The notes: generated by a model not told the origin, from the sequence alone. Counted from the stretch's first letter, positions 13,361 through 26,551 are shown. The stretch: 64,000 bases of DNA from Octopus vulgaris (GCA_951406725.2 OX597821.1:21886001-21950000), one strand, 5' to 3'. Translations and numbers: made by a program.

Positions 13361-14458
13361 CATATACATATATACATGTGTATACATATTTACGTACATA
13401 CAACTATACATATATATAGAATAATATATGTATATATATATGTATACATATATGCACACACACACAGATAGACACACACATGCATACACGCACACGCACA
13501 CTTAATATATTTGCTTGACCTTCAACTCCAACAAAAGCACCATTCAAGCCTGATGTCTTTCTATGACTTCCTGCACCAAAAGAGCAGCAGTCTCGCTTTT
13601 TCTCACAATTAAACGAGACTTTGAAAGCGGTAAAATGGCACGTCAACGAACTAAGAAGAGATTTATAGTTCAGTCGCATAATCCAGATTGGAACATTTAG
13701 GCTTCAATATAAACCGAAAGACATAAAGAAAGCAAGATCGAAAATTCCATAACACCATTAGAATTGGGCTATCCTGAGTGATGTTGTATATATTACAATA
13801 GCGCGTGCGCGCGCGTGTATGTGTGTGTGTGTGAGTATGTGTGAGTGTGAAAGAAGAGGTCGAGGCGTCGAGGCAGCCATTTGTATATTGGTGGTGATTT
13901 TGTTCCAGTTGGTGTTATTTTCCTGCTGTTGTTTTGACATAAGCCATTTTTGTTGATGTGCTGGTTCTTGTTGTTGCTGCACGTTGTTGCCTTACTTTTT
14001 TATTGTTATTTTGGGTGTTTTGGAAATTGTTGGTGATCTTGCTTTCGTCGTTGTGGTTGCCTTTATTGTTGTTATCGTTTTATTGCTAAAGCTTAAATCT
14101 ATGATATTTTAATTTGGGTAGTTTGTCATATACACAGTTCTTTCGTTGTTAAAAAAAAGGTCCGTTCCATGCTTGTTTTTTCGTTTTCGTTTCTCGTTGA
14201 GTTCTACGCCTAATTGTGGTGTCCTGTACTCACGTATATATATTTATATATGCATGTATATATACATGTAGATGTAGGTACGTACATATATGTATGTATG
14301 TATGTATGCATATATTTTATTTTTTACACTATTGTATGACTGAGCGCCCTCGCGTCTATTCGATTCGTTTCGTTTCGTTTCTCCTTCTCCAAGAACAGTT
14401 TATATATATAAACGTGTATATGTCTGTATGTATTTACATACATTTATGCGCATGTGTG

Positions 14459-14496
<38 letters not shown>

Positions 14497-14816
14497 CAGT
14501 GTATATATATAGTATGTCTGCGTGTGTATATGCATACATATATGTATATATATAAAATAGTAACAGTATTTTGCCAATGCGTGAAGGGTTTTACTCCACT
14601 CGATATATGTCTGGGTGTATGTGTGTATATTTATATATGAATGTGTATGGAAATGTATTTCTATTCGCGGGTATGTATGTGTGTATATGTATGTATGTAT
14701 GATGACAATGCAAAACTAATTATAATTTCCTAGAGTACATACATACATACATACATACATACATACATACATACACACACACATTTACACAGATATACAC
14801 GCATAAGCAAAATACA

Positions 14817-14862
14817 TTACTCTAGAACACGAATGTTATATTTCATCCGTGTTCTAGAGTAA
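14817..14862. repeat. Near-perfect hairpin (19-bp stem, 8-nt loop)
   Basis: TTACTCTAGAACACGAATG / CATCCGTGTTCTAGAGTAA with one mismatch. Confidence 0.85.
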
Positions 14863-15433
14863 CTTATTTTACAAATATAAGGAAAGTTAACATGTATCCC
14901 AATGTTGCTTGTGGATCATTGTAAACTGGAGAGGTCTCCCAATTCTATATGAATCAGAAATTCTATGTTTTAAATCCCAAATATATTTCGCCAGTTATGT
15001 GTCAGATTTCCAAACTATATGATTAAAGGTAATTTTATATTGATTCTCAGTTTAAATGTTACTGTTGTTCAACCAAACAATGTGTTACTGTTGAATCATT
15101 ATGTTTTCATAGTTTTGCGTAATACAGGGTGAAACTAATGAAACAAATTCTGTTTAAAACTAACATGTTATAGTGTTTATGCAATTACAGTTTGTTTTAT
15201 TTTGCTGTTAATGCCTAATATTTGTTTTTGTGTGGGTGTAGAATCTCGTGCAACATACATAAATGTATGCATGGTTATAGTAATATCACCACAATACACA
15301 AGATTTAACAATATTCATGATACATATATATATATATATAGCAACGCGGCATATATATATATATATAGCAACGATGTTCAGAACATCGGGGGATTTTTTT
15401 GTGATTATGCGTGTAATCTATGTTCAAATCCCG

Positions 15434-15497
15434 CTGAGGCCAAATTTCACTTTCATATTTATAGGTCCATAAATATGAAAGTGAAATTTGGCCTTAG
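15434..15497. repeat. 29-bp-stem hairpin inside a decayed SINE family A copy
   Basis: CTGAGGCCAAATTTCACTTTCATATTTAT-AGGTCC-ATAAATATGAAAGTGAAATTTGGCCTTAG. Confidence 0.9.
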
Positions 15498-16504
15498 TAC
15501 CAGTTAAAGAATGGGGTCGATTTTTCTCTTTCTCCCGGCTTGTCTCCCGGTTTGTCTTTCTTTCATTTGGAAGAAGACGATTGGTGTAAAACCTGGAAAG
15601 GGATGGGATTCGCCGTCTTAAAAACTGTCCAAGATACGATAATGTCACAACACTCTTATGACTCCATCATTGCGATGCAATGCATAAACACATACAGATG
15701 TGCACGCGCGGGTTTTGTGTTGAGTGTGTGTGTTTGTATCTTTAATCTCCTTTCTGTCAACACCTCAAATGTAAGATTTCTTCTTGAAGACGGAGGCTCA
15801 TATCATCCGACGATGGAATCAATCTACAAACATTACTTTGGACCACTGAACCCCCAGAAACAGCTGTTGGGTTTGTAATACTCTTCTTCAACCAACTCCT
15901 CTAATTCTTGATATCATTTCTATTTTGTCTAAGTCGGACCTTTTTGTATGTAAACATATATACTTTTTTGTTTGTAATGTATTTAATATTCTTTGTATAT
16001 CGATCTGCCTAATTTGTATATCTTTGACAGACAGACAGACAGAGACATAGATGCACATATGTATGCATACATACACCTGTACATAGTGCGTATATATCCA
16101 CAAACATACAAACGCACTACGTACATATATAAATATATACACAAACATACATGCATATATATACACATGCATGCACACACATGCATGCATACCTACATAC
16201 ATATATACATACGAACATGCATGATGGCCAATTCCTCATTCTTGAGTATAATATGACGATGTCGGTGCGTGAAGCGATGCTTTGCACGATCCTTTTTAAA
16301 GTAAGGAGAGGCCTTGCGCACAATCAATCCTTCTCTCCGAACAACGATGACAGTTACACCAAAATTAACGACTAATCAACATGATTGGCTGCCACACAGT
16401 CGCAAGTGCTACATCAGTTTTCCATCTCCTGGAATTATAACCTAACAAGGACTAGAGGTCATTCACTCGCAGTAATGAAGTATATCATTATATATGAAGT
16501 ATAT

Positions 16505-16724
16505 CGGCGAGCTGGCAGAACCGTTAGCGCACCGGGCGAAATGCTCAGCGGTATTTCGTCTGTCGATACGTTCTGAGTTCACATTCCGTCGAGGTCGACT
16601 TTGCCTTTCATCCTTTTGGGGTCGATTAAATAAGTACCAGTTACGCACTGGGGTCGATTTAATCTGTTTGTCTGTCCTTGTTTGTCCCCTCTGTGTGTAG
16701 CCCCTTGTGGGTAGTAAAGAAATA
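16505..16724 (+). mobile_element. SINE family A with 18-bp TSD
   Basis: AGTAATGAAGTATATCAT at 16471-16488 and 16725-16742. Confidence 0.85.
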
Positions 16725-16860
16725 AGTAATGAAGTATATCATACTTCCATTCTGATTCTCGTGCTTCTCTGCTGATGGAACCTATTGTGTCTGCCCATTT
16801 TTTCAAAACGTATCACTTTCCTGGCTGCCATTGTGTGTTTTCTTTACCAAAGTGAGTAAT

Positions 16861-16911
<51 letters not shown>

Positions 16912-16921
<10 letters not shown>

Positions 16922-17198
16922 TCTTTTACTTGTTTCAGTCATTTGACTGCGGCCATGCTGGAGCACCGCCTATATACGAGCGAATCAACCCCGGGACTTA
17001 TTCTTTGGAAGCCCAGTACTTATTCTATCGGTCTCTTTTGCCGAACCGCTAAGTGACGGGGATGTAAACACACCAGCATCGGTTGTCAAGCAATGCTAGG
17101 GGGACAAACACGCACACGCATACATATATATATATATATATATGCATATATACGACAGGCTTCTTTCAGTTTCTGTCTACCAAATCCACTCACAAGGC
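16912..17198 (-). mobile_element. SINE family B, 5'-truncated
   Basis: Reverse complement of the family B tail and central region. Confidence 0.8.
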
Positions 17199-17378
17199 AT
17201 AAAACACACACACACACGCACACACACACACACACAAACACACTCACTCACATGTATATATATATGTACATACATACATACATACATACATACATACATA
17301 CATACATACATACATACATACATACCTACATACATACATACATACATACATACATACATGCATGCATGCATGCATATA

Positions 17379-17411
<33 letters not shown>

Positions 17412-17831
17412 GCATGCATGCATGCATGCATACATACATACATACATACATACATACATACATACATACTTATAGTCACAAAGAAAGTTAGCGGCACAGG
17501 TAAACTCCCAAGATATGTCAATGACATCATAAGTAAATGTTGGTTAAACGTCATTGCAGTATTATCTACCTCTCAGATGTCATATCTAGAGCGTCATAGA
17601 ACAGAATCCATAGAAAGGATATCTTAAGGGTAGAAGAATATCAGTTGTTATAGTAATTGGGAAAGCATAATTACACATGATTTGAAAGAATACTGTTGGA
17701 ATGTTCCTGTCGTCTCTTCAATGAAATGTAGAGATAACAGGCATGACATCATGACTGGAAACGGAGAAATGGAAACTCCTCCTCAGCTGTAGCACCGAGA
17801 AGCTAAATTAGTTGTCCAGCAGACGTTAAGA

Positions 17832-18051
17832 CAATATTGATTTTTAATTTTGGCACAAGGCCAGCAATTTCGAGGTAGGATTAAGTTCGTTACATCATTT
17901 CCAGCGCTCAACTGGTACTTATTTTATCGACCCCGAAAGGATGAAAGGCAAAGTCGACCTCGGGGGAATTTGAACTCTGAATGTTAAGACGGACGAAATC
18001 CCGCAAAGCATGTCGCGCGGCGTGCTAACCATTCTGCCAGCTCACCGATTT
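17832..18051 (-). mobile_element. SINE family A with TSD
   Basis: TSD AGACGTTAAGA at 17821 and 18052. Confidence 0.85.
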
Positions 18052-18352
18052 AGACGTTAAGAAGTTATGAAAAATTAATCGCAACATCTATGCTGAGCTA
18101 ATGAGAAATCTGCAACTATTCCACCGTGATGTATGCTTAGAAATAATTAGAGCACTTAGCTATGTAACTAGTTATCACAGCACCAATCTTGAGAATCTGG
18201 ACTCCACAATACCAGGAAGAGACGATTAATTAAGAAATTACAGCTGCAATCCATTAAAAGTATTGTTTGGCATGTAATAAGTGCACATACATACATGTAG
18301 ACAAGCTGACGTATGTATGTATGCACACACACGCACACGCACACACATACAT

Positions 18353-18429
<77 letters not shown>

Positions 18430-18615
18430 GGGACAGTTTATGAAAAAAACAAAAGACGAAGACAGGTGGTGTACAAAACAAACAGATGTATTAGTATAAC
18501 GCTCAGGAATAGAAAAAGTCTTTTACGTTTCGAGCCTATGCTCTTCTACAGAAAGGGACACAGAAAAAACAAGGAGAGAAACAAGGAGAGAAAAAATGTG
18601 TGTAGTGGCTAACGA

Positions 18616-18617
<2 letters not shown>
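18430..18617 (-). mobile_element. ~190-bp element in (TA)n with minimal HHR-like motif
   Basis: Flanked by (TA)n on both sides. The minus strand reads cttt CTGTAGA a GAGC atag GCTC GAAA cg TA aaag (18520-18555). Confidence 0.65.
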
Positions 18618-18657
<40 letters not shown>

Positions 18658-19020
18658 TCGTAATATAGAGATTCAGGGAAGCAATCATACAATGCTTGCA
18701 TAGATTTATGCTTGTGTATACACGTGTATATTTATACGCATATGTATTCCTGCTTAGATTCATGTCTATGTGCATGCATACATAAATATGTGGGCATAAA
18801 TAGGTTGAAAGACACAAACAGGCATAAATAAATGCAAGATTATCCTGTTTATATATATAAATTCCTATGAAAGAAGCTTTTCCTTGGTTAGAAACCGTCT
18901 CTTTATTGGCGAGAAAATCGAAAAATTACTACTAAGAAAACATAGGTAGATGCATAAATGAATGCATGCATACAAACATACATAAATACATAGGTACATA
19001 CATACATGTACGTATATATA

Positions 19021-19079
<59 letters not shown>

Positions 19080-19092
19080 ATGTATATATATG

Positions 19093-19143
<51 letters not shown>

Positions 19144-20032
19144 GTGTTTGGGTGTACATACACAGATACCTACATGTTACTTGCATACATGTCGGCACTT
19201 ATACTTACACACATTCATACAGACACACCCAGACACATATATACATACACATGCGCGTGCATGCATATATACATGTAAACGATTGCAAATAAACATCATG
19301 TGCACACAAACACGAACACACCACCACCACCACCACACCGCCATCAGAAACTGCTCATTTCCTTTCATCTGCCAACCTTGAACACAAACAACAACAACAA
19401 CAGTACTATCATCATCGTCGTCGTTATCAGCATCATCGTCATCATCATCATCAACATCATCATCGTCATCATCATCATCATCATCTTCATCGTCATCGTC
19501 ATCATCATCATCATCATCATCATCATTATCATTATCCTCATCAGCTTCAACTTTATCATCGTCATCATCATCATCACCAGCATCGGCAGCACCAACAGCT
19601 CATATATTGCTCAATAGTCTTTGACGGAAAATCCGGCAAACCCATAAGAATCGGACGTTTATCCTTTGTATATTTTAGATATATTTCACGTTGTTCTTTC
19701 TCTACTTGCTGTTGTTGTTGTTGTTGTTGTTGTTACTCTTGCTGCTGCTACTGCTGCTGTTGTTGTTATTGTTGTTGTTAATACTCTTGTTGATTTTGTT
19801 GTTGTTGTGGTTATTGTATTGTAGAAGGTTCTTATTGTTGCTGTGATTTCAATACAAAGAAAGGAGCCCCACCCTACACGCTGATGTTATTGTTATTGTT
19901 GTTGCTGCTGTTATTGTTGGTGGCGCTGGTGCTGGTGGCGCTGGTGCTAGTGGCGATGGCGGTGGGGGTGTTTATTTTCCATCTCCATCCATTGTAAAAG
20001 TTCCTATCAATGTTTAATTGATTATATATACA

Positions 20033-20077
<45 letters not shown>

Positions 20078-20124
20078 CGGTGCATATATGTGTGTGTATA
20101 TATATGTATACATATATTCATTGC

Positions 20125-20160
<36 letters not shown>

Positions 20161-20240
20161 TAGTTATATGTAGTTGTGTGTATACAAATATATATTCATA
20201 CATACATATATCAATACATTTACACATAATGTGTGTGCGT

Positions 20241-20284
<44 letters not shown>

Positions 20285-20548
20285 ATATCCTTCAAGATCT
20301 CTGTCTTTTTCACATGTTCCCCTCTCACTCTCCAATTCTCTCTCTTGCCCTCTTCCCTTCGCAATATCTTACCGGCTTTCCCCCTTTCTTTCTACCTTAC
20401 TTACTAATCACCCATCAAAAGAATCTGGTGAGGCACCCATTGTTTCTGAACTGCTATTGTGGTGTTAATAAATAAATGCTAATCATAACAACAACAACAA
20501 CAACAATACCAACAACAAAAATAACAAAACAGCAACAACAACAACAAC

Positions 20549-20588
<40 letters not shown>

Positions 20589-20620
20589 TTAATGATAATA
20601 ATAATAATAATAATAATAAC

Positions 20621-20652
<32 letters not shown>

Positions 20653-20839
20653 TAATAATAATATTAATGATAATAATAATAATTCACCACTTGCCACAAA
20701 AATAATCAAAACCAATAAGTAAATACCACTAATAATAATTCTGATTTATAAACAATATCGATAACACCATCATCAACAACAACAGCAACAACAACAACAA
20801 CAACAACAACAATAAGTAATAATAATAGTAATAATAATA

Positions 20840-20887
<48 letters not shown>

Positions 20888-21490
20888 TAAGCTGCTTGTT
20901 GTGATATGGTTCCATTGTGTAAGTGTATACTCCTGGTCTTTCATTTTCGGAATATTCTTAAGATGGTAGGTAGGTTGAGGGTAGTTTGTTGTGTAGAATA
21001 TTGATGGCGGCGAAAATGGAGTTGATCAATTTAAGGTTTTGCATCATCATCATCATCATCACCATCATCACCATCAGCTGCTGCTGCTGCTGCAACAACA
21101 GCAGAAGCAAGCTAACATCGCCATCGTTGCCATCACCATTATCGACCTTATTAACTCCATCTCTTTGGTGGGCCTCATAAATATTTATGATTATTTCCGC
21201 ATATATGTATATATATATATGTATATGCATATATATTTATATTTATATATATATATATACATTTATATGTATGTATGTATGCATTCAACAGATATTTCAA
21301 GACAAAGCAGGCCGTGGATTACCAGGTGAATGATTGGAAACATGTAATTTAGAGAGTTCTGGAATTATGAGCCTTTCATTTAATAATGTATTAATGAATA
21401 CTCTACACTTACGTGTAATATTCCATAATTTATCGCTTCTCGGAGAATCAACAGTTTTACATATATATATATAAATACATACATGCATAC

Positions 21491-21545
<55 letters not shown>

Positions 21546-21690
21546 CATAAATATAAATATAAATGTATATATATGTGTGTATATATAAATGTATATATGT
21601 GTGTATATATATATAAATATATATATATATGTGTATATATATATATAAATATGTATATAAATGTATATATATGTATATATATATATACAC

Positions 21691-21748
<58 letters not shown>

Positions 21749-21844
21749 ATAAAACGGTAAGATAACAAAAGAAAGAAAGAGACCTCAATATTATGTAAAT
21801 AGAGGAAATTTATCTATACAATATGTTACATTACTCGGTAGTCA

Positions 21845-21907
21845 AGATAAAACTCTGAGTTTCAGATGCCGAAGTGGAAATCCACAACACCATCTCTTCG
21901 GTTATCT
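21845..21907 (-). ncRNA. Type I hammerhead-like ribozyme (PLE left arm)
   Basis: Reverse complement of 24076-24138. Confidence 0.6.
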
Positions 21908-22102
21908 GGCTATTTGAAAACGTTATGAAAAAAATACCGTTAAAAATGAAGGGAAATTACTCTGTTATAACTCTGCTTTGCCTGCGTACTTATACATCGC
22001 TCGCATTTTTCGTCATAAAAATTATATAAAAATACATAAAAATATATAAAAATATATAAAAATATATAAAATCTTCTTGGGACATAACACAGAAAGCATG
22101 TT

Positions 22103-22846
22103 CTATCCGTTTTCTTTAGGGGACCAAAAACGTAACAGAAATTTAGTCACATGTGGGCATGATCCGAAAAGCTCTGTCCTTGTATTTAGACATGTGGTAG
22201 GGTCTAAGCTGCTTTTCCAGATAAGCCATCTCTCCATGTCGCATAAACCGCACCTTCCGCTGCCGTTAGTATAGGGCTTACATCTGGCCAAAATCTTCCA
22301 TTGTATGTTATAATCGACACCTTTATCTCTTAAAGACCAAATATGATTGGATAATTGTGTCGCTTTTCTTTTGTTCCAGTGCCTAAAGCTCAAAGTGTGG
22401 TTATTGAACCTGGCCTTGAAATTACCCTCTGTCAGGCCCACGTATTTCTTCGTCGAAACGGTGTCTTTAGTGGTTATAGAGTTTACGGTAGCTTCATATA
22501 TGATGGTCTTGGACATGCAAGCTCCATTTAGCGGGCACAATTCTTTATTCCTGCATGAACAGCTGTTTTCTTCTTGTGTTTTTTGTATGTTATGATTGAT
22601 TATGTTTTTAAAATTGGTAGTTGAACTAAAACTAATTTTTAAATTGTGTCTATTGAAGAGTTTCCTATAAGCATGGTTAACTGGAAAATGTCTATCTATC
22701 AGTGCTAGGAAATATTTACCTATATTGAAGGCCACCTCGGGTGAGTAAGGGGGCGTAAACCAGATGACCTTCCTATTTCTATTATTCCTTTTCCTTATTG
22801 TTGGGCTGGTGATAGGTGTATATTTTATTTTTTCGCTAAAACCACT
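22103..22846 (-). CDS. Inverted copy of the PLE ORF 3' part (linker + GIY-YIG)
   Basis: The translation is identical to the C-terminal part of 22871-23881. Confidence 0.8.
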   Translation of the reverse strand, partial: SGFSEKIKYTPITSPTIRKRNNRNRKVIWFTPPYSPEVAFNIGKYFLALIDRHFPVNHAYRKLFNRHNLKISFSSTTNFKNIINHNIQKTQEENSCSCRNKELCPLNGACMSKTIIYEATVNSITTKDTVSTKKYVGLTEGNFKARFNNHTLSFRHWNKRKATQLSNHIWSLRDKGVDYNIQWKILARCKPYTNGSGRCGLCDMERWLIWKSSLDPTTCLNTRTELFGSCPHVTKFLLRFWSPKENG

Positions 22847-22870
22847 TTTAGGAAGGATATTATCCAGTTA

Positions 22871-23881
22871 ATGAAACACTTCGGACTTAGTATAACTATA
22901 GACACTAACCTGACGGTTGTCAATTTCTTAGACGTTTCCTTAGATCTTAATAATAATATTTATAAGCCTTATAGGAAGCCCAATGATAGACTAAGTTATA
23001 TTAATGTAGGTTCATGCCATCCCCCTATAGTATTCAAAAATTTAGTTAAAAATATTAGTAAGAGGATTTCTAGCCTCTCATCTAATGAGGACATCTTCAA
23101 TAGCGTTGCCCCAGTTTATAATAAAGCTTTAAAAGATAGTGGTTTTAGCGAAAAAATAAAATATACACCTATCACCAGCCCAACAATAAGGAAAAGGAAT
23201 AATAGAAATAGGAAGGTCATCTGGTTTACGCCCCCTTACTCACCCGAGGTGGCCTTCAATATAGGTAAATATTTCCTAGCACTGATAGATAGACATTTTC
23301 CAGTTAACCATGCTTATAGGAAACTCTTCAATAGACACAATTTAAAAATTAGTTTTAGTTCAACTACCAATTTTAAAAACATAATCAATCATAACATACA
23401 AAAAACACAAGAAGAAAACAGCTGTTCATGCAGGAATAAAGAATTGTGCCCGCTAAATGGAGCTTGCATGTCCAAGACCATCATATATGAAGCTACCGTA
23501 AACTCTATAACCACTAAAGACACCGTTTCGACGAAGAAATACGTGGGCCTGACAGAGGGTAATTTCAAGGCCAGGTTCAATAACCACACTTTGAGCTTTA
23601 GGCACTGGAACAAAAGAAAAGCGACACAATTATCCAATCATATTTGGTCTTTAAGAGATAAAGGTGTCGATTATAACATACAATGGAAGATTTTGGCCAG
23701 ATGTAAGCCCTATACTAACGGCAGCGGAAGGTGCGGTTTATGCGACATGGAGAGATGGCTTATCTGGAAAAGCAGCTTAGACCCTACCACATGTCTAAAT
23801 ACAAGGACAGAGCTTTTCGGATCATGCCCACATGTGACTAAATTTCTGTTACGTTTTTGGTCCCCTAAAGAAAACGGATAG
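22871..23881 (+). CDS. PLE ORF C-terminal part: RT motif 7/thumb + Cys linker + GIY-YIG endonuclease (5'-truncated, no stops)
   Basis: VNFLDVSL...YRKP...YIN..SCHPP (PLE thumb), CSCRNKELCPLNGAC, IIY...YVGLTE..FKARFNNH, CGLCDME, LNTRTE. Confidence 0.9.
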   Translation: MKHFGLSITIDTNLTVVNFLDVSLDLNNNIYKPYRKPNDRLSYINVGSCHPPIVFKNLVKNISKRISSLSSNEDIFNSVAPVYNKALKDSGFSEKIKYTPITSPTIRKRNNRNRKVIWFTPPYSPEVAFNIGKYFLALIDRHFPVNHAYRKLFNRHNLKISFSSTTNFKNIINHNIQKTQEENSCSCRNKELCPLNGACMSKTIIYEATVNSITTKDTVSTKKYVGLTEGNFKARFNNHTLSFRHWNKRKATQLSNHIWSLRDKGVDYNIQWKILARCKPYTNGSGRCGLCDMERWLIWKSSLDPTTCLNTRTELFGSCPHVTKFLLRFWSPKENG

Positions 23882-24075
23882 AACATGCTTTCTGTGTTAT
23901 GTCCCAAGAAGATTTTATATATTTTTATATATTTTTATATATTTTTATGTATTTTTATATAATTTTTATGACGAAAAATGCGAGCGATGTATAAGTACGC
24001 AGGCAAAGCAGAGTTATAACAGAGTAATTTCCCTTCATTTTTAACGGTATTTTTTCATAACGTTTTCAAATAGCC

Positions 24076-24138
24076 AGATAACCGAAGAGATGGTGTTGTG
24101 GATTTCCACTTCGGCATCTGAAACTCAGAGTTTTATCT
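24076..24138 (+). ncRNA. Type I hammerhead-like ribozyme in the PLE 3' region (U4C core variant)
   Basis: Stem I AGATAA/TTATCT, core CCGAAGA, stem II GATG/CATC, GAAA, stem III CTC-A-GAG, site GUU. Confidence 0.6.
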
Positions 24139-24160
24139 TGACTACCGAGTAATGTAACAT

Positions 24161-24203
<43 letters not shown>

Positions 24204-24207
<4 letters not shown>

Positions 24208-24497
24208 GCGCATGGTCTGGTTGTTAGGGCGTTGCACTAATGAGCGCGAGATCGTGGTTTCAGTTTCTGGGCCGGGTGCCGAGCTGTGTTCTTGAGGAAA
24301 ACACTTCGTCTCTGGCTGCTCTGCGATCACTTCGACATCTAACGTGTGGTACACTGTGCACATGTTCAGGCAATCTCTATTTGATAGAGAGAATAAGCTA
24401 TGATACATACATTCGATCGCTATAAACAAATCATGTGTACGGGGCTTTCGGCAAAAGCTGAACGCCCACAGGTCATCTTCGTTAGAAGAGTCCATCA
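24204..24497 (+). mobile_element. tRNA-derived SINE (family C)
   Basis: GCGCATGGTCTGGTTGTTAGGGCGTTG head, GGTTTCAGTTTC B-box-like, GTGTTCTTGAGGAAAACACTT core. Confidence 0.55.
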
Positions 24498-24503
24498 TAT
24501 ATA

Positions 24504-24880
24504 AGAAGCTTGTTTCCCAAACACATGGTTCTGGATTCAGTCCCACTGCTATAGCCTCAGTTTCCGTATACCAAATCCACTCACAAGGCTTTAGTCGACC
24601 CGAGGCTATAGCAGAAGACACTCGCCCAAGGTGCCATGCAGTGGACTGAAGAATGTGTGTGCGTGCGTGTGTGTATGTATTTGTCTCCCCATCAGCTTAG
24701 TAACTGATTTATTGATTAGTTTACGTTCCCCGTATCTTAGCGGTTCGGCAAACAGACCGATAGAGTAAGTACTAGACTGATAAATATCTCCTGGGGTCGA
24801 ATTGTTGGACAAAAATATTTGAAGGTGGCATTCCAGCATGGCCGCAGTCAAATGACTGAAACAAGTAATAAAAGAGGAGA
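24504..24880 (+). mobile_element. SINE family B with internal inversion
   Basis: Head and tail are on plus, and ~24557-24650 is in reverse orientation. Confidence 0.7.
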
Positions 24881-25213
24881 ATATGTATTTATGAATATAT
24901 GTATGTATGTATATAGGATTCAATTTGAGGATTCCTGACAGACGTCACCCGCCATCCTCATTTTGGCCGAAAGGCTTTATGTGTATATACACTTGGAGGA
25001 AAGGCTACGTCGATTGCCCAAAAAGTTGAAAGACACATTGTTTTCACTATATATATATATATATATATATATTATACATATACATACATATATATATGTG
25101 TGTGCATACACAGAATACACACACACATATATGTGCGTATGTGTGTGTGTGAGTGAGTGAGGAGTGTGTGTGTGTGTGTGTGTGAGTGAGTGAGTGAGTG
25201 AGCGAGTGAGTGA

Positions 25214-25248
<35 letters not shown>

Positions 25249-25283
25249 TGAGTGAGTGAGTGAGTGAGTGAGTGAGTGAGTGA

Positions 25284-25318
<35 letters not shown>

Positions 25319-25520
25319 TGAGTGAGTGAGTGAGTGAGTGAGTGAGTGAGTGAGTGAGGGTGTGTGTGTGTGTGTGTGAGTGAGTGAGTGAGTGAGTGAG
25401 TGAGTGAGGGTGTGTGTGTGTACGTGTGTATGTGTGTGTGTGCGTGCGTGTATCTGCCAGAGATGATTTCTGAAGAGCGCAATTCATCATCGACTCACGA
25501 CAGTCAGCCGACGGCAACGA

Positions 25521-25566
<46 letters not shown>

Positions 25567-25842
25567 TTAATAAGGGTGAGAGAATTAGATACTAATTTAA
25601 TAGTATATCTATTCAACACCAAGTGGCCTAGTGCTCCGAGAAACCTGGATTATTATAATATTTTATAATATATTATAATATTTTTACAAAATAAATATAA
25701 GAGAGTGGTCACTATATGGCTCACTCTAGCACCAGTTAATCCAAAAGGTTTCAACCACAAAAATACATGTTTCCCATGAAAGACAGTACGATTGTTAGCT
25801 CACACGGACAGGGCAAATAAAAAATAACAAAAATACAGATTA

Positions 25843-25924
25843 TTTTGGGACAATTGTTTCGCTATTAATGAATTAAATGTAATTTTACTTACAAAAAAAT
25901 CCACTTGTAGCTCGTCAGCCAAAA
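25843..25924 (-). ncRNA. Type I hammerhead ribozyme
   Basis: Reverse complement of 26552-26633. Confidence 0.85.
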
Positions 25925-26551
25925 CTATCTGGATGAAATCCACTCAATCACACGCCAGATTTTACCATAACGATAAATACGCGTGTGTTTCAATTGATTA
26001 CATCCGACGTTATAATTCAAATGCCCCAACTAACAGCGCGCCAAACTTTCACGGAAAACAAATACAGCATTTAGAAATAAATGCAGCATAATTATAATTA
26101 ATTAATAAGGGTGAGAGAATTAGATACTAATTTAATAGTATATCTATTCAACACCAAGTGGCCTAGTGCTCCGAGAAACCTGGATTATTATAATATTTTA
26201 TAATATATTATAATATTTTTACAAAATAAATATAAGAGAGTGGTCACTATATGGCTCACTCTAGCACCAGTTAATCCAAAAGGTTTCAACCACAAAAATA
26301 CATGTTTCCCATGAAAGACAGTACGATTGTTAGCTCACACGTAAATTAGTATCTAATTCTCTCACCCTTATTAATTAATTATAATTATGCTGCATTTATT
26401 TCTAAATGCTGTATTTGTTTTCCGTGAAAGTTTGGCGCGCTGTTAGTTGGGGCATTTGAATTATAACGTCGGATGTAATCAATTGAACCACACGCGTATT
26501 TATCGTTATGGTAAAATCTGGCGTGTGATTGAGTGGATTTCATCCAGATAG

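Larger units (their letters stand above)
21745..24168. mobile_element. Penelope-like element (PLE), 5'-truncated with inverted arm, inserted in (TA)n
   Basis: Arms 21815-22846 (minus) and 23138-24168 (plus) appear to be reverse complements apart from an A7/T6 run. Unique spacer 22847-23137. (TA)n on both flanks. Confidence 0.92.
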
